Positions 61,301 to 64,000 of a stretch of 64,000 nucleotides of DNA are shown here, one piece after another. The notes under the pieces were generated by a model, which was given only the letters and a program-made list of their open reading frames with translations, was not told where the DNA came from and did not search any database. Within the stretch, counting starts at the first letter, position 1, and each line of letters begins with the position of its first letter. Made by a program: the position numbers and the translations under genes. Source of the DNA: Raillietiella orientalis (taxonomy: Eukaryota); NCBI GenBank assembly GCA_036172245.1, contig JAYWIR010000081.1:186001-250000 (forward strand). The letters are read 5' to 3'.

Positions 61301-62995
61301 TGGCGCTAAGCCTTGGCCTTGTACTCGGATAATAGACTAACTTTTGCGCGCCTGGAGTAGGAGCGGGCCTGCAGAGAATCTCTGCTGTTGGCTACATTCT
61401 CTTCGAAGCCGCGCGGAAGCTGTTGCAAGGCAAACCGGCAGCAAAACTCTCGGACCGCTCTTTTCAGATTGTCCCAGTCCGCCAGCTTACTTATGTCGAC
61501 GCCGCGGGTGCACTGGCGAGGATGCTCCTCCTCCTCCGGGTGAATAAGCCAGTCTGCCGGCATTCTTCAAACACAGTTTGGACGCTCCTTGTCTGGCGAT
61601 AGCATCTTGAACTCGAGCCTGTTGTTGTCTGAAATTACGGACGGCACGCGACCTCTCGGACCCACTCGATAGAGCAAGTGTTCATCGAGGAATACATGGT
61701 CCGGTGATGTCGCCATAACAGGGTCGTTAGCGAACAGATTGCACGCGTGCCCGGAAGAGTACATCTATTCCACTAGCAACTTTTACCTTTTGTGTGCACT
61801 TTTCTGGATCAGCAGGTGCACGTTAAAGTCCCCCGCAATGAAGTCCGCCATAGTAGGTTGATCACGAGAGAACCACTGGCTCTGAACGGTACCGAAGAAC
61901 TCAATCCTTTCGGCATATCGTCCAGCACCGCAAGGCGCGTACACGTTCGTTACGACGAGGTCGCTCGAGTCGGACCACTTAAGTACATGCTGTTCTACTA
62001 GGCCTTCGGTGTCGAAGCGAACGCCGCGCACCGCTTCCGCCAAAGTTCCTCGTACGAGGAAAGCGATGCTGCACGTAGGTGCGACGCCGCACCTATAATG
62101 TAACCTTGCACCGAGCGCAGTTCGATTTCGGCAGCCTGCTCTTCGGAGATGCTGTGAATCTCCTGCAGGAGCGTCAAGTATAAGTCGCGCAGAGCGTTAG
62201 CCACAAGTCGCCTCTTCTTGTCGTGTCGGAGACCGTTGAGTTTGCAGCACGCCACGGCAACACGACGAGAAGACGCGATCGCCCTCATCACGGCTGGGAA
62301 AGCGAGGCCGTGGTGCTCGCCTCACCCGGCGAGCGGGCAGCAAGCAGTACGAAGGGATGGAAGGCGCGGTTGCCACCGGCCTCCATCGTGCTGAGGGTAA
62401 TCGAGTGCTTCTCCCCGGATGCAGAACCTGCGGGTCCCGGGGAGAGCACTCGCCGTTCCGCGGAGAGCGCATCACGCCTCAGGGCGTCAGTACTGCGAAT
62501 TCTCGATCCCGTGCCAGTAACACGTGGTTTTGCGGCGTTAAAGGACTTCTTTACGGAATCTGATGCTCGCACGATGAACGTGCGCTTGCATCCGTCCGAT
62601 TGGAGCGCAATCGTTTGCTCGGTGGTCATAGAGGCGGACTTGCACGCACTTTTTCCAGGAGAGAAGTACCCTCCGCACGGGTTTTCTTCTTCACGCGGCT
62701 GTTGTTTGCCCTCAAACAGCTAACAGATGGAGGTTGCGAAGCCTTCTTGTGAGTTTTTTTTTTCTCCTCTCGACAATCTCTCACTTGCCGTTACGATTTC
62801 CGGACGCTTCCGCGACTTTTGTCTCGGAAACCTCTGAAGTTTTCGGTACCGTATCTAAAGGCGTCGCTTTCGCCACGCCTTTAAAAGGAGGCAGCGTAGT
62901 CGCCTTTTTGTAAGTTGGGAGATTGCTTCTTTCTTGACGAGTAAATAAACTGGCTTCCAGGTTCATTGTATTGCGCGCACGACGACAGTTAATTA
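58373..62995 (-). mobile_element. LINE family E: ORF1 tail, complete degenerate ORF2 and 3' end
   Basis: ORF pieces 62288..62629, 61998..62291, 61783..62043 (NVYAP, AGDFN), 60541..60981 (DFHKAFD), 60073..60513 (AYAND), 58759..59070; 3' motif 58373-58403. Confidence 0.86.
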
Positions 62996-64000
62996 GTTAA
63001 TTGTGATCGTGTGTGTCCGGAGAGGGAAAGTATCCAGAGGAAAGTGAGTGTGATACAGTCCACAGTGAGTGTGGACAAGAGTGTGCTGCGAAGGATCTGC
63101 TCATACAACTACAAATGAAGCGCCAAGGAGATCAGAGCGGAAAACCTTCAAACTTCCTCAGCAATAGTTTCAGCTGTCAGGATGCTGGCATTAGCAGAAG
63201 AGGAGAAGCCGACGTCCCCATGCAGATGGAGGTAACGTATGGCAACGGCGAGGTGGCATCGGCGATGCCGAGGATCGTGAACACGTAAGGCTTTGCTGCG
63301 CCGGTGACGGCAATGCCAAGGGTCGCGCTTGCTGCGGCAACGGACACGCCTGCGGCGGCGATGCCGGGGGTCGCGCCTGCGGCAGCGGCGTCGGCAACGT
63401 CGAAGTTGCGCTCGCGGCGGCGTCCCAGGCGGGACCAGCGCGCGTCCACACTGTGCAGGGAGCGTAAGATGCGACGCCATCTTGCTCGGCTGAGGCGGTG
63501 CAGCCGTTTTTGTAGGCGTCGGTGGTGGCGGGGAATGTCAGTGTCCATCCGCCAAGGAAATTCGGCAAACCTCTCAGAGGGAAAGTCAAAAAGGTAGATC
63601 GGCCTATCGTCCAGTTAGGGCCAGAGGTGAAGCCTATTATTTTTAAGACTGAAACGATAAAGTTCAACAATATCCGGGAGATATATCTGTCTCTAGACAA
63701 GACAGATATAGATTTTGACCGTAACCACGCAATCATTCCCAGCAACAACGGGTTCACGGTCTTCACGGACTGTGAATACGTTAGGGAAGGATTGATCCAG
63801 AATGGGATCAATATTCAAGAAAAGATGTTTTGTGGCGTTGGCAAGATGCCATACACTACCGTGTTTTCAAATAGCATATCCATCTACACACTTCAACTCA
63901 CGGTGTGGAAATACTTGGAGAAGTTTGGGGAAGTTCTCTACCTCGAGTTTGAGAACTTCTCAGGAAAAATCTTTTTTGGCGACATGATCGCCAACATAAA
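62996..64000 (+). mobile_element. LINE family J, 5' end plus ORF1 N-terminal part (runs off window edge)
   Basis: HPPRKFGKPLRGKVKKVDRPIVQLGP matches 6894..7751; same junction with E as at 7870. Confidence 0.83.

Noticed and set aside
1..64000. snRNA, tRNA, rRNA or microsatellite targets typical of known Tx1 families
   Set aside because: No recognisable RNA gene or simple-repeat array at any junction; all readable flanks are LINE coding sequence.

Overview
The whole 64 kb is eukaryotic repeat DNA with no host gene. It is a Russian-doll nest of about 25 segments of non-LTR (LINE) retrotransposons with L1/Tx1-type architecture. ORF1 is gag-like with CX2CX4HX4C knuckles. ORF2 has an APE endonuclease (WNVNG, LQEIH, NVYAP, AGDFN, SDH), a reverse transcriptase (KAFD, RQGDSLSP, YADD, KYLG) and a C-terminal C-x2-C-x7-H-x4-C finger. 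About ten related families can be told apart (my labels A-J), and every copy carries stops or frameshifts. The nesting is not random. Each family that recurs sits at the same conserved coding motif of another LINE: A at RT 'HKAFD' (x3), B in the EN-RT linker 'GFGEG/RNxRAYL' (x4), C at APE 'AGDFN' (x2), G at C-terminal 'HWTRG' (x2), and J at one point of E ORF1 (x2). Nearly all are antisense to the host, and three have clear 9-15 bp target-site duplications. All families except J end in one shared motif (AATAAA-CGCCCCGG-N5-7-CCGGG plus a few A's, 12 copies). Several start with GGACGTG, and ORF1/ORF2 are joined by stop-start overlaps. The best reading is a guild of sequence-specific LINEs that use each other as target sites. 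Family assignments and identities are by eye, and the organism cannot be determined from this window.
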